DNA of 64,000 nt, from the NCBI GenBank assembly GCA_977030845.1, contig OZ365114.1:18724001-18788000 (forward strand), written 5' to 3'. Positions within the stretch are counted from its first letter, which is position 1; the number at the start of each line of letters is the position of its first letter. Source of the DNA: Fimbriosthenelais zetlandica. Its lineage: Eukaryota. Positions 1 to 14,299 of this stretch are shown here, in pieces. Made by a program: the position numbers and the translations under genes. A model generated the notes under the pieces. The model did no database searches. It worked only from the letters and a program-made list of their open reading frames with translations, and was not told the DNA's origin.

Positions 1-1500
1 TGATGAGATACTTTGGTATCTTGTCATATTTCCAGTACATTTACTTAGTTTTTGATACTTGTTTCGGTGATAGCCAATGCAATATCAGATATTGAGATGG
101 GTCTGTCGAGAATCATTATATCTGAAGCCCGAGACTTTCCTTCTGAGGTGATGCATTGAGCTGTCTTGATGCAAGCCGACTGGTGCCAAAAATGCAAGGC
201 TTGTAGCCGGGCTATATTTTCCAAGTGCCATGAATGAGCGATAAACAGCGACGATGACCATATTGAAGATGGAGGGTCAGCTCCAGGGTGTTTAGCAAGT
301 GGAGCACGTGGCGGCTGAATTGATCTCTAAAAAGGATTTCCATTTGACTCCTGGTTTAATGGTTCAGTGGGGACGAGTTTATAGATGGACTGGAGGGTGG
401 AAGCTAGGCCTAGTATGTGATTGTTATCTAGATGACGGAAAGTGAGTTCATTGATTTACTAATGGCTGTCTTCCCCATGTCGCCATCGACGCAATAGTAG
501 GTTTTATTTCTGTTGGGTGTTCAGACGTCCAGACCGTAATAACTGGTCTGAAGAGACATATAACAGATGTGTCAGACCATCTTTTGAAACTTCGTAGGTG
601 AAATATTCTCAGACAGTGGAATGCGAGAAGTAAAATAAATCAACAGCAGTGTTACCCAGGGGGTGACACTGCCACTATAAAGTAAATCTCATTTTCAATA
701 ACAAACAAGTTGGTAGGTTATTCAAACAGAAGAAAGTGGTTCTCTTTGGTCGGGTGTAAAAGAGAAGGCAAGAAAAACTCCGCGTAAATCAAGGCAATCG
801 ATATCCACATGGGGGCCCTCCAAGTCAGGATGCTTGCATGACCATACACAATTTACTGATCCTTCGCGTTGCTAAAAACCTATTTTATTGGGCTCGTATT
901 CGATTCTCCATTCTTTCCTTATTGCTAGTATTTGATTCACAATAAAAAAAATGCATAAGTAATGAAGTACTAATAAACCTAAATATTAAATGTAGGATAC
1001 TCAATACATATTGCTCCTTTACCCTGCGAAGAACGTAATATGAAGTAATATGCAGAGAACAGCTTGAACTCGTGTTTACTTGAAGCTTTTCTTTTCATGG
1101 AGCACAGATGATGGTTATCCTGCCTGTTGTCAGTCCTGTATTTTCCACTCTGTTGCTCTCATGTGGATATTCGCGATCCTTCTTTCTTCTCAGACTCACA
1201 TTCTCAGCTCTCCAGCTGCTGGCAAGTGGTCCAATCGGGAGGACAGCCTCATCCTCCTTCACCTCCGCTGAGGAGCATTGCTCCTCCGAGTATCTCTTGT
1301 CAAGGTTTAGATTGCAGATTTAGAGCTTTTATAGATCCGTGCCTTGCCTCCATTTTCATCTTTTCGGCCCTCAGTATTCTATCCAGAAAATTCATTTCTT
1401 CATCAATTTCCCATCTGTACATCATTCACGAAGACATTACGTTATAAAGATCACATACGTGGATGGCTTTTTATATTGATGCTCCCGCGTCTGGTTTTCT
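1..1500 (-). mobile_element. Decayed LINE, 5' part (ORF1 remnant plus start of the AP endonuclease), running off the window
   Basis: DIALAITET at 60-86 resembles the APE DII.ITETWL motif; stop-riddled charged frame at about 1100-1450. Confidence 0.45.
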
Positions 1501-1899
1501 GTCTACAAGATAAAGCCTCGACATATAAATCAAGATGTTATTATTTCATTCATCTTCTTATCTGAGGAAGAACATTCATGTATGCCTTGATTACAAGGCA
1601 AGAGCACACGTTATTGAGCCCATAAAACACCCTACTGCTTTCAATGAGAATATAGATCAAAATTAAAGAAGTATCTCCGGCCATAAATATACTAGATTGT
1701 ATAAAGGTAGGCTTTAATAGATTTCCTCCTATTTACATTGAAAATAATTATTGGCAATTCATCTTTCTCCTTTTCAATTTATGAAATAGAGACATCCATT
1801 TCCTTGTTTTGTTAATCTATTACCTCTTATAGTCGTTTCTTGGAAAGACATACAAGCATCGGAAATGCAATTGTCTCTGCCTTCCTCAGATACGAGAAG

Positions 1900-4800
1900 A
1901 CGTTGTCAAGTAAATTGTATAGGAAAAATAAACTGTCCCTGTTGGAAGGAAACCCAGAGGGATATGTTATGTAAAAAAGAACCGACTACAGTCGTAATCG
2001 TCCACTCCCGTGAGGACCTGAGGTGATAAGAGTGTCCTCTGCATCCCCTTGATTGTCGTTAAAAGGAGAGAAAATTGTCGTTGTAGTAAGAGTTTCAGTA
2101 AAAAAAATTCCATGGTTTTATAATAGTTTTCTATTGGGTTTAATCAACCAATAGACATAATAATATTGTTTATTCCAAGACGGCCTAGTCTGCCAAGATG
2201 GAGTAAAGTCCCCATTATTTTATTTGTTCCTTTGTAATATTCGGATAGTAAGTTGCGAGCAGCTTCCCTGCCAATGCTCTGCAAAACTTGTGCATAGGAA
2301 CTTGGAGATTGAGTAAAAGCTTCTTCATATTCAACAGTCAAAGACCTAGGGACGGTGGGTAATTTTTCCCACATCTTTATTCATGAATGTCTTTGCCTCG
2401 TTTGGGAAGAAATGAGGAAAAGGGCCTTCTTCGACAACCATGCAGAGGTATTGTAGAAGAGAATGCCTTTTTGTTTACAAAGGTCTTTGTCTTAGACACA
2501 TACGGCAGAGGAGTTTATCCAAACACTGGCAAGGCTTGCATGGGCAAGCAGCTATGAAATAGAACACTTGGTGAATCTCAAGTGGGAGAAAGCAATATAT
2601 CTGCATTAAATTGGGTACAGGACTCCGAGGTCTAATAAGTGTTGTGTTGATACATATATATTTGCTCCAAAAAAGGCCAAAACAATGAATAGCCTCTCTC
2701 ATGTTAGAATTTAGGAAAGACCTACAGCTGTACACTTCAGACTTTGTCTTTGGATAGCCGCTGATATTTAGGCGGTTCTTCTTTTATTTTTTTTTAATTA
2801 TCATGTAGAGCAACGAGAATAAAGACTCACCCTTCAACTATAATATAATGAATTACCACTGTCTGTCTGTAATACTGTATGCTTCTAAGTTTCTTAATTG
2901 AATACGCAAAATATGAAGCAAGTCAGGGTAGAGTTCTTTATGCTTGAAAGCAGGTCATTTGTGCCCCAGCAGACCAAATGCCGAAGGAGGGCCTTATAAT
3001 TGTGATCTTTACCATCTGCTCTTTATAATACCAAAGCCAAAGCTTGGAAATTGCCATCTGCTTGCTCATTAATTGTGGCCCAATTCCCATGCATGTCATA
3101 TATTGTGTGTTATGGAGACCACTGGTGTATGCTGAAGTATGGTTTATAGCTCTCAGTGGGACCAAGTCCAGCATTTGTCTGCGCCTGCCTGTTTAGTCTG
3201 TGCAATGGACCACATGCAAAGGATAAAGTTAGTGTTTTCCTCATACACTCCAATGGAACATGATCCTGACACAGGGTAAATACAGTGATATTGTACGACC
3301 AATAACCGGGATCAATGCCTGTCTAAGCGCACCAGGAGCAGGTCTGTGAGCAGGTACCATAAGCTCCTAATATAGACGGCTTTGCCTGCTGGGGTATCCC
3401 ATATTGGCTTTGCTGGATAACAGTATAAGGCATCTTTTTTGCTGAATGAAAAGGAGCTTTGTGGTCGATTAATTTGACTGAAAACAAAATGAGGTCCAAG
3501 TGAGATTTATTAAATGATAAGGAAGTCTATACTGTATAGACAGAGTGTAAGATGGATCTTTAGAGATAGTTATCATGACAGAGCTCCAGCAGTTCAGGAA
3601 ACAGTCATGGGGAGTCTGGTCACTGAGGATTCTCGATAGATGAGATACATCCCCCTCCCTCGACTTGAAAAAAAGATGGAATAACCAGCTCTCAGTATAT
3701 ATTACATATCACACGGAATGAAACCGTAATAGGTCGAAAGAGTGTCACATGAAGGAAATAGTATTCTCTATGATAATTGAAAACTTAGATGAGCTGCAAT
3801 AATAATGATAATAGCAATGATACTGTTCTGTCGCCCATTATGTTTTATCAGGAGCTTCCTGAACAATGTTGTCAAGCTAAATTGTTTTTATAGTACATAT
3901 GTAAGGATTCTTGTTCGTGAATTACCGGCCAAATTTCCGTCATATAGATATGCTCTCCACATTCCCGGAAGCTCAGATATAGGGGGAGACGTAAGTAATT
4001 AATGTACGACCAATATACATGGTTCATATGCTACAGTACGGTTACTATTGTAACCATTATACATTGCTTCTAATCCTAGTCCCCCATTGTATGCTTCCCA
4101 GCCTCCAATCCCAGTACTGATATACAGTTAGCGCCAGGCAATAGATATTTTTTATCTTCCTCTGATGCAGTTTTAGTCGTTTTATTGCATTATACATCAA
4201 TAGCGTAAATGCAAGTGTCTGTATAGATGCCTCATACATTATGCCAGGCGTGATACAAATAAACTGTCATAGTTGTTTAAATAGCAGCCTTTCCCATCAC
4301 CCTAAGCAGACTTTTAATGCTGTTATAACACTGTTGGGCTATTCTTTTACCGGTGATAGATTTGTACGCAGGGGGCCTTTATACATGGTGAATTCATGGG
4401 GACTGGCATGGTGAGCTATGTTGTCATTTTGTATGATGGCAGGTTGATTGTTTGCTTTTAGTGATAGCGAGACCAGCATTCCCTATTGTTAGTGTGTTTC
4501 GATCTGTTCTGTACACAATGAAATGAACATGAGGAAACTATGGGCACTCTGGATAATTCCACACTCTGTCCTTTTCAAATTGACATAAGCCTGTTGCATG
4601 CATTGTGCCAATAACCAAGAATTTAGCGATATAATGCTCGTGTTTAAATTCGGAAATGTTTGTACCAGACTCTCTTTATCCTTGCTCTATAACGATTATG
4701 GTGGAGGACATGATATTATCATACACCTTGAATCTCCCTGTAGTGTTGAAATCCTGAAACTCAACAATTTCCAGCCGGTTTTATAGCAATAAACCATCCG

Positions 4801-5400
4801 CCATCACGAGTGAAATATCACTCTACTTGGAGGCACTCATATTGACTGACGATGGAAATTCATAGTGTTTCAGCCATGAAGCTTGATGGCTGTCCGGATA
4901 GGATCTGCTATAGACCAATAGCCTTTATCTACACCCTGAGTGTGAGGTCCCTGTAATACAAAACTGTCGCCTGACCCTGCAATACTGAGCAGCACATAAT
5001 GGTTCCCTGATCACCATATGAGCGCTTAGATTAGAGCCTAAACATGGCTTGTTTTATCACTGCCTCACTCCTTATGTCAGTAAGGGATTGTTTTGGTGAG
5101 ACAAGGAAGGTTTATGGGAGGGGGTGAACAATTTGGTGTCTAATACTAGCCAACCATTATGCCCATTCTGTCGGAGTGTTTCGATAAGTGTTCATGGCAT
5201 TCTGACTGAAATGAACCCGTTCCCATGACAGGAGTTTTATTCATGGGACTCAGGATCTTCTATCAGATTGGACAAGGTGTACCAGAAGCCTTAAGACCGA
5301 AGTGGGCTTGTGAGCAGGGCAGATCAGGTCATATCTTTCAGATATTCACACTGCTAGTTCGGGATGTACCATCACGCATATTCTATTTGCAACAACAATG
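1900..5400 (-). mobile_element. Decayed near-full-length CR1/L2-like LINE
   Basis: Degenerate motifs in the correct order: PHD-like PCPI (about 5270), RDGGWFIAIK (about 4790), RTISLYLPCVRIM (about 3290, YRPISL-like), DLGVL (2618-2632), LQSIGREAAR (about 2270); many stops and frameshifts. Confidence 0.55.
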
Positions 5401-5552
5401 GGTCATTATATTTCATGTGTTACCTGTGTTGTAGCATGATAAAGTTTTACCTGGGTTTTAAAACCAATCAGAACTATAGTAAATAGCTGGCCATAACTTT
5501 GATTTATTTACTTTGTACTTTCGAACACGTGAAGAGAATAATAAGGACTGTC

Positions 5553-5576
5553 AATAAATGAAATGGAAATGAAATG
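5553..5576 (+). repeat. AATAAA followed by a short (GAAAT)n tandem tail
   Basis: aataaatgaaatggaaatgaaatg; resembles the 3' tail of a retroelement. Confidence 0.45.
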
Positions 5577-5589
5577 GGGTTATCATGTT

Positions 5590-5960
5590 CGATCACATCT
5601 ATCAATAAAACAGAAAAGAATCGAAAAATACAGATAGAAAGGCACTTGAAATGTCAGAGTAACCCCACTTCAAACGAAATGATGCCTGCCTGAGTTTAAA
5701 ACATGGAGGCAACTTTAGATGACGGTAGTGATCAATGTTGTGGCTTCAATCAGAAGATAACTGAGCTTTGAATGTAGCGCGGAAAAATCGACAATAAAAA
5801 TACTTTCCCTTGCTTGAAAAATCAATGGAAAGCTTTTTAGTGGGCATTCAAAAAAGGCAGTGCGGCAGGATAGCCTTTTTTCTGATGTAGTTCTGAATGA
5901 GGTTTCCATGCATATCTCATTCATTCTGACTATCCCGGCCTTGTTCAACATCAATGTTGG
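5590..5960 (-). mobile_element. LINE 3'-end fragment
   Basis: SEKRLSCRTAFFECPLKSF resembles the C-terminal GK.SF.Y.A...WN.LP motif. Confidence 0.3.
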
Positions 5961-8099
5961 GGGAGTGATGCTTTTTCATTAATAATAAATACACATCTTT
6001 ATCATTTTCCATTGTTGGCACATCATTTATAAACTCAACAAACAAGCACTCATAACATTTTCTACCATTGAAATGTACATCACATTGTGTAAAAGTAGTG
6101 AATAGTCAATCATTGGCTGAGTTCCTGCTCTCGGACTCTGGGATTAAGCTAACAGCATTCTAAGCCTGCCAATATTGACTGGTCTTTAATGCTAAATGGT
6201 GATAACCAAGCCATTAAAATGCCTTCAAACAGAAACTAATTTTCCTTAATGACCCGATTATGCAAAGTTTGGGCAATCAACAAGCCTTAATTGTAATATG
6301 TTTTGTTTCTGCTTTGATTTACGCTATAGTCCCCTACTTAAAATGCAGACAATTCCATGCAATCTTTGGATTCGTAGAGTTCTTTTCTGCTCTTCTGTCT
6401 CAGGGTCAAGGAAGTTTACAAGCTTGATGCACACTGACTGTGGAAATATATATGATTAAAGTTACGGAAGTCAATGTGTATGTAGTTCACAAGCTCTAAT
6501 CCTGTACTTAGTCTAAAACTAAAGCAGCTTTACCTTGCTTGATCCACCAATCCGCCAGCTATTACCTATAGGTGTTACTTTCGAGGTTTCTTGCACCAAT
6601 AATTTAATCCAACTGCCTTTAGTACTAGTTAGTTATCAGCAATTCAGTTTTTCCTAATGATTGATAATCGTTGCAAACACCCAAAATGGTCATTGATTAT
6701 CTGCAACGGTTTAGCATCAGAATTTGGAGAGAAAAAAGGGAAGCAGCAGTTGCAGAAATAATCCTGATTTAGGGAGGTCTAAGAAGGGACTTAGACTGTC
6801 TCTCGGCCTATCTGTCTCATTGCGCAGAGGCTTTGTATATTTTTTGTTGATGTAGAATGACTGAGTGTTTCCAGGGGTGATATGCTCATTGTAGGGGAAG
6901 TTTCCCATGAGGGTTGAACCTCGGGTAACTTGCCTCTGTCCCTGGTAATACCCGGTGAACGACTGTCATAGATAGAAGTGTGGGATGGGTGGGCCATTGT
7001 CAGTCCGTGTTAACCTTTATCACCTGTGTGCTAAAGGTTGTTTACGCCCAGGCATTGGACCTGTAGTAGCTTCTGTTATATGCCTTACATACATTTGGCC
7101 ATGAAAATGGTGAAACATCTGTAGCTATCCTACAAATATTTTTTCACTAATTTGAAGAACATTTCCCTTGAGTTGTATCAATTCCATAGTAAACGATCAG
7201 TTACATGGAAAGAGTGAAAACACATACAGAATCTATAGTTTCACGCTCCACTCAGCAGTTGTAAAGTTCCATGGTTGGCTTTCTAAAATACGGCACACAA
7301 AAACGAAACATGACAAGAGACATCTTCTTTCATGAAGTTCTTGATAATTCTTTGATTTCTCCATTAAAATGGGCTCACATTTTGTTCGCATCTGTGAAGG
7401 TGCTGATTGTGAAAAAAAATCTATGGTTTCTTTATTCCTTACGGTTTCTTGTGCAAGGCCGTTGGAAATGCCTGTCAACTGCCAGGCAGAAGCATCAATT
7501 ACATTTCCAAGTGACGCTGACTGTCAAACTTGGTATTTATGATTTCTTCTCGTCCTCCAGACTTCCTGACTGCTGAGGAAAATTAAATTAGGACCTCTCT
7601 CTTGCTGGTCACGCAGGATGTTTCGAAGCTCCATAAATCTAACTTGTGTCCCCAGAACCTATTTACACGCTTCATACGCATACTTTTTCTTCTGGGTGAT
7701 ATTTTTTTACTGTATGGGTTGCAAATGGGGTACATCTTCACTAGAACTGTAAATTGAAGGCTCAAATCAAGCAGCTTATAACCTTAAAAACAATCTGGCA
7801 GGACACCGCACAGATAAGGCATTTATATATGACCCTGGCTGTTGCTGCGACATTACTCCAACCAACGGCACTGACCAACCTGGATAACCTTGGACTACCT
7901 GCCAGGTAGTCATTGCAATGAGTAATTTTTTTAACTTATACATCCGTGTTCCCTCATAAATTGATGTTAAGGCATCGCAATTTCAAACATACTGAACCCT
8001 TGATGCTGCCATGCTCACTAAGCCACTCCTTTGTAATGGACCTTGACCACGTTAATCTATAAAAGAATCTAGGGAAGTTAGTTACAGTGAAGTGATCAG

Positions 8100-11000
8100 G
8101 GCTGATATCCATTGGAGATTACCCTCTTGTATGAAGGGTCTTTTTCCTGGCTTAGCCTGATACATGACCCTTTGGTCCCCAGACACCCCTTACCAACGTT
8201 CACTACAGAATCCAGAAAATACCTTTTAACTTTGAGGCACACCAATATGTCAGTCACTCTGGGATTTATCAGTTGGTTACTTTGAAATTTCTGCTCTTTG
8301 ATCTGCTAGTTTCCGCCAATCATCCTGGAAATGCCTGTGGCAATAGGGTCATTGCTGATCAGACTTTAGCCAAAAAGGTGGTATTTTGAAAGGTTCAACC
8401 TTTCCTGCATCTCCTACTCTAGTGTTAGAAACACACCATAAAGCATCATGATATTTCCCAAATCACCCATTCTCTCCACTTTATAGAGTACTTTCACCTT
8501 TTCCCTTTATAGGGGCGGGGAGGAGGCATTCACATAAACCACACGGGTGACCACTCTCGTAAACTTACCCATGTGAAAAACCGAGCTTCTCTGCCTATAA
8601 TGTTAAGTCTTGTGTTGCAAGTACAAGAAAAGAATAGTGGAGAAGGGCCACTGAGATTTATTAGTACTCACGTCAAAGTTGTTCTGTGTTTCCTCTGGTG
8701 CTTCATTACATTTGAAGTGCACAATGTGGTAGATGGGTGGTAAGACAATTGCACATTACTGGTCCAAAGCCATAGCAGCTACCATTTCTCATGGAGGAAA
8801 TATCTCTTACTGCACATAATATAGAGCCAAATATCCACAGTGGCAGTTACCTGTAGGGAGTCCATAAAGATAACCCGCTTTAAGGGGAATTAATAACCCT
8901 TCATGGAATAGTTCGGAATAATTACTTACAAATAATTGCAATCTGCGTCAGGGTTACTTGTCTAAATGATTGGGATGCGTCTCCTGCACGTAGACCTGTA
9001 GACAAACATCTGCGATAAGATGTATATATGGCATTAGCTCAGGGAAACCCACAGACTATTTATCAGTCTGGCCTAAAGGGTTAACCTAGCTAATAAAGAA
9101 TAAACACTTCACCCAGCATTGCTAAACAACAAAGGCAATAACATGAGGAACTCCTAGGGAGCAGCTTTGCTTTGCTTGGGAGCATTTAGCCACATGTTCC
9201 TACTACTGCTCTAATCATGTTTAGTTCTAAGTGACCAATAAGTGCTCCCTTGTTTGTAGGAATAGTGTGCGGTGATAGGTCACGAGCATAAATCAGTAAA
9301 GATGACTTGTTACTATATCCTTTGATGATTCATAAAGGGTGGCTCCCTTACCTTTATATAATTTAGGAGAGTCCGGGAAGAGAAGGCCTCGAGTTATTTT
9401 TTCTTTTGACTCCTTCAGAAGAGTTAAGAAAATGATTAAGTGCATGGGAAAACGACCTGGATTTAGGAAAACTATTTTATTTTAGCATTTGTTTTGCACG
9501 GATGCAGAGGCGAGGAAAGCATATAAGTTTCCAGGACATGAGTCACCATTGCCTATCATGTTCACAATCATTCGTCACGGCTAATGTCAGTGTTACTTGT
9601 TCCCATCAAAGAGTCACACGCCCAAAGAGAGGAGAAAAGGAAACTGGTCTAAATGTGTTCCGCCAGCATGGGACTTGTAATGTATAATTCATTAGCAGTA
9701 CATGGACACAGTAACTTGAAACAGTATGGACACACTACAGACTGATTACCCCTTGGGTTGGCTTTGGTTTGGTTTCCGTTGCCTTCGTGACTGGCCCCCA
9801 ATGGATCCATGGAAGTTTTCCTCTGTGATCACATGGGGCACAGAACATGACTGTTCCAATTGCAGCAGAAGGGCAGGTCCTTCCTTCTGGTTGCATCCGC
9901 CTGGAGGTGCTAAGGTGTTAACGCCTCATAAAAACACAAGCAAGGGAGGAGATTACCACTCTCACCTTCAAAATGAAACAAGAGAACAGACATTCTTTGA
10001 AAAGATCATCTATCTCACTATTGGGATTAAAAGCTGTGAACCTTTCCCACTTTGACAATTCATGATATATATATCAATTAGCACTTTGCTTGATCTCTTG
10101 GTGCGTAACATCACGGTGGTTCTAAATTTCCTCCGCAAAGCCAAGCCAACACCTAAGTATCTGAAGTTTTATTGCTTTTTGAATGGCTGTGATGCTGCTG
10201 TGTCTTCTCCCGTCTGCACCCCCTCGGGATATTGTGTAAGGCCAGTGGACAGGCTTGGGTAGAATATTCACGCTGGCTTCTTTGGTAAATATATACCGGG
10301 AGGAATAATAGGTAGTGTGTAAGAAAATATACACATCACTCGGTGTAAGGATGATTAACTATAGTCGTCTGTCATTTTCCGCTACATACACAATATTCTT
10401 CAGTGCCAGCGAGCAACGCTTTTCTGTCAGACTCTGTAAAGCAAGTGTTTGGTAGGCCTACAGTCTTTGGTTTTAAAATGTAGCTTGCTCTAAAGAATTC
10501 TCGAAGAACATGGAAGAGAACTTGTATTCAAAAATGCTTCTTTCAGCAGACATCTAAGCATTTTTCACTGGCACCATCTGCTTTCCACTCTGTCTCTACA
10601 GTAGTCCACGCTTTATTGATCACCTTAAAACAACAGAAACAGCTTAGGGTGTATTTCTTTTCCACCCACATCTCCTGGATTGATTATTCTTGAGAGCTAT
10701 CATGACTTGGTTGATTACCTTTGGGCGCCTTGCCAAGTCTGGTATAAATGGCAGACAGGAGACTTTCTATTCCATTCATCAATTAGAGTGTCGATTATCT
10801 ATAGCGTACTTGTATAAAGTCCCCTGATAGTATCAACTCGTCTGTTCATGTTTGTTTCCCATGAAGAATTCAGTAGCTGTCATTGAGATTTTTTGGGGTT
10901 GAAATTGGACTTATGAATGATTCCTAAATGTGCGTTTGGCTTATGCCTTGATACTAATATTATGGTTGCACGTTGATGAGGAAACATTGTCACAGGGTAC

Positions 11001-11450
11001 AACGGTTGTGACGGGAGCTGTTCTATAGTGGTTGTTGGATACCTCGAGAAACTGACATCCGAGTGTTAAGCATAACTTCCTAGCATTTGTACCCATAATA
11101 ACCTTTGTCCATATAGTTCATATATTAAGATTTCCCTCGTATTATATTATATTTCTCTCGTTTTTCTCCATTCTGAATTGAAATATCTTGTTCCATTTAA
11201 TTTTATAACTTTACCGACAGTCCATAGACATTTAATTAGCAGGAAGACATCCATTTAAATTGGACAAGCCACTCTTGAAGTAAAAGCTGATCATGAATGG
11301 ACTATGAAAGGCAATCTCGGCCTGGGACAGAGATCACTTAGCCAGCAATTTACTCCTACTTCAAATTAATCCTCTGCGTTTTCTCCTCCACCGCCCACTT
11401 AAACACATCAGCATACTGATGGGTCGCATTATAGGACGAGGTGCTGAATG
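8100..11450 (-). mobile_element. Decayed CR1/L2-like LINE ORF2 (APE plus RT)
   Basis: LILSGDFIQ (about 10811-10836), TFRPVSFSPLFGR (about 9619-9657), FPKSRSFSHAL, LLFPDSPKL, MLGEVFILY, HLIADVCL (about 8999-9022), in the expected order and spacing. Confidence 0.6.
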
Positions 11451-11899
11451 GAGGCCAATATCGTAACTGTTGATCTATGGCTTGACAGGTTCCAATCATA
11501 ATTCACTAAATGCCCTCCACATGTAGCGTAAAGTGGTTGATTTACGGTGTATCACGCGAGAGGTGTCATGTAAAATGCATCATCAAAAGCCTCTGAAATG
11601 CGGATCAAGAGCTCTGGCAGGGCTGGAGCCTGGGCTATCATAGAAGGAGACCTTTAATCCATTACGCTGATTACCTGGCGTCATCCTACCCAACACCCCA
11701 GATAAATCATACTGATCCCTTACTACAGAGCAGAATACAAGCTGTCAAAGAGATGCTAAATGGGGATACACCTCCATCTCTCATGACTTTTTACAGTATA
11801 TACATGGGCTTCACCATCAAAGGAAAGCTGTCCTATGGCATGTCCCCCATGTTGAGTTACACAATGTCATGTTGCAGTTTTGATATTGCTAGATGAATT

Positions 11900-13600
11900 T
11901 GGATCTTTTACATGGAGTAGTCTAGAACGTACAAACTTATTGAAATTTGGTGTTGGCTAGCTCGAGCAAAACTGAAGAAAAATGGTCTGAGGCTAGAGTT
12001 CGTGATGAGCAGGTTGTGTAGAAATGAACTCTCAGTAATAATAGATGCTGGCAAGCGTCCAATATCCTCCAATTATGTAAATTGTGTATATATTTCATGG
12101 TAAAATACTGTATAATTTGCTAACTGGGTAATTAAAGACATGCTATGTGCCCCCCTCTAACTCTGGTGAGAGACATGTAAAAACAAGGATGCCAATCATG
12201 AAGAGCAATTCATAGAACTGACAGCATGTTTCCTCTGTGTTGTGATATGGCCCTGGTTCTTGCTGCAACATAAACAAAGCTACCAAGTAAAAGAAATGAA
12301 TGGAACATGAAGAATTATGAAAATATATATGAACCAGTGAATGAGGGAAACACGGAATAGAACATAGTCCGGTGATTAGGATGAGGGATGGAAAGGAAAG
12401 AACAGACGAGCTGAGCTGGAGAAAGGAGGATATTATTGAGAAATTCATGAAGGAAGGAGGTAGGAATTGAGTAAGACATAGGAAGAGATCTATCATGAAC
12501 CTGACTCTGAAGCTGTGATCTGGTTTAGCTGCTAACAATGGTAGACCTAGGCACAACACCACCTGCCTACTGCCACACTTAGCTCACTATGTCATCAGGC
12601 AGTCTCTTGGCACAACAAACATAGGTATGCATTAAATACCAGGGTAGGAAGAACATATGTTTCCATGAACAACACATCGAATAAATGTATACATGCCTAT
12701 ATGTTGCTCAGCGCAGTTCTGCATTCTTATCAGTAAAATATAGGTTACATTGGGACCAGGGTTTGGGACTCTCGTCGAGGATTTGGTATAACATGATGCA
12801 AAAGCTTTACATTCTTATCAGACTTCACTCTGTGACACAACGTCAACAATATAAATAGTAACTGTTGTTTGCCATTTCAATATGGATGGTCAGCATGGAT
12901 GTTTTCACATTGTATGCATTTTGTGCACATCCCCCATGATGTATCTTCAGTTTACCTGAACCTACTGAGCTTCATCCTAGGCACGACTAACATATTGACA
13001 TTGTAGTCTTCTAATCGGGCAACCTCGTGCTGGAACACGAAACCAGGAAATCAGACTAAACAGAGAAATAATGCTACCTTGCTGGCGATATATCGTCCTC
13101 TGAACGAAGTAAGCGAAGTGACTTCATCTTGGACCTGAGTACCTCGTGATATCTCTCTTATGAGAGCAGAGTCGACATTTATGGCAATCCTACTATTTTT
13201 TACAACATCCAATAACCCGCCTATGTCGGATATGACGAGCGGCAGTATTTCCGGCATTGGAACCGGATCTAGAATCCTTCATGCTAGTATGTCATAGGCT
13301 AACTATCCCGTACACAACCAACATAATATGATTGGATCCATTGACATCCACTACTTTCTTGCTGCATACTATGTTAGGTCAAATTCGATAGCAGCATCTT
13401 ATGCTTTCGAAATTACTGTTCACTTGTGTGGATGATGATATGATAGTAATTCTGCTTCACAATTTGACTGAAGTAGGATGTCATTAATCATTATATTATG
13501 TGTTCGGAAATGGAATTTTTTATTTGCGTTTTTCTTGTCTCAACGGGCTAAGGACATGATGAATCGGAAGGCTTTACTACTCCAGTCAATGGTACAGGGT
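11900..13600 (-). mobile_element. Decayed LINE 5' part (ORF1 plus APE)
   Basis: DVLFMETYV (about 12652-12678), FLPPS, LILITGL (about 12364-12386), TLASDHF (about 11979-12002). Confidence 0.5.
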
Positions 13601-14299
13601 GTAGTGTGGGAAAACCAGCTTCATGATGTGATTACCTCAAGTACTGGCGACTGATTGATGGGAGTTTGTTAATGGAGTGAAGGCAGGTGATTCATGTTAC
13701 ATATTAGTTACCTAAGTCTTAGGTGCTAAGTGATAGATTTCACCACTAAAGTGCTTAAATTGTCTTAATGTGAGTTCCAAGTGACTTGATCTACCTTGTC
13801 ATTAATGTTGTAAAAAAATATTTTATTATTCCCACAAGGTACACTAGTACTGTCAGTATTCCAAATTAATGGAATCTCAGTCTATACCAAATAAAATGCA
13901 TTACTGTGAGTATTTTAGTAGAGTCAACTCTGGTCACATAGCGTTCTGAGCAATGCTGACAATTGTTAGCGTTTGACCACTGTTGGGACAGTAGGACACC
14001 TATTGGATACATCTCCTTTCTGAGAAAAACTGACCATAATTGTGGTCTGACCACTTAATGGGGTGACCGCTATGGGAGAGTGGACTATATTCTTTTTATC
14101 CTGATTGATCATTGGCTGTATTCTATCCAGGAATACCCACACAAATTAAAGTTATTCTAAGCTGCCATGCTGGAATATGGGCAATAATTAAGCTTGCCAT
14201 ACATCTGGTACATGTAAGATATGACTCATGTGTCAGCTGATATTTACAAGTGATCACTTCCTTTAACTGGACTGACTGAAACACTCTAGTTTAGATATT

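Noticed and set aside
13700-13775. ctaag/cttag-rich near-palindromic stretch reminiscent of a DNA transposon end
   Set aside because: No matching second terminal repeat or target-site duplication was found.
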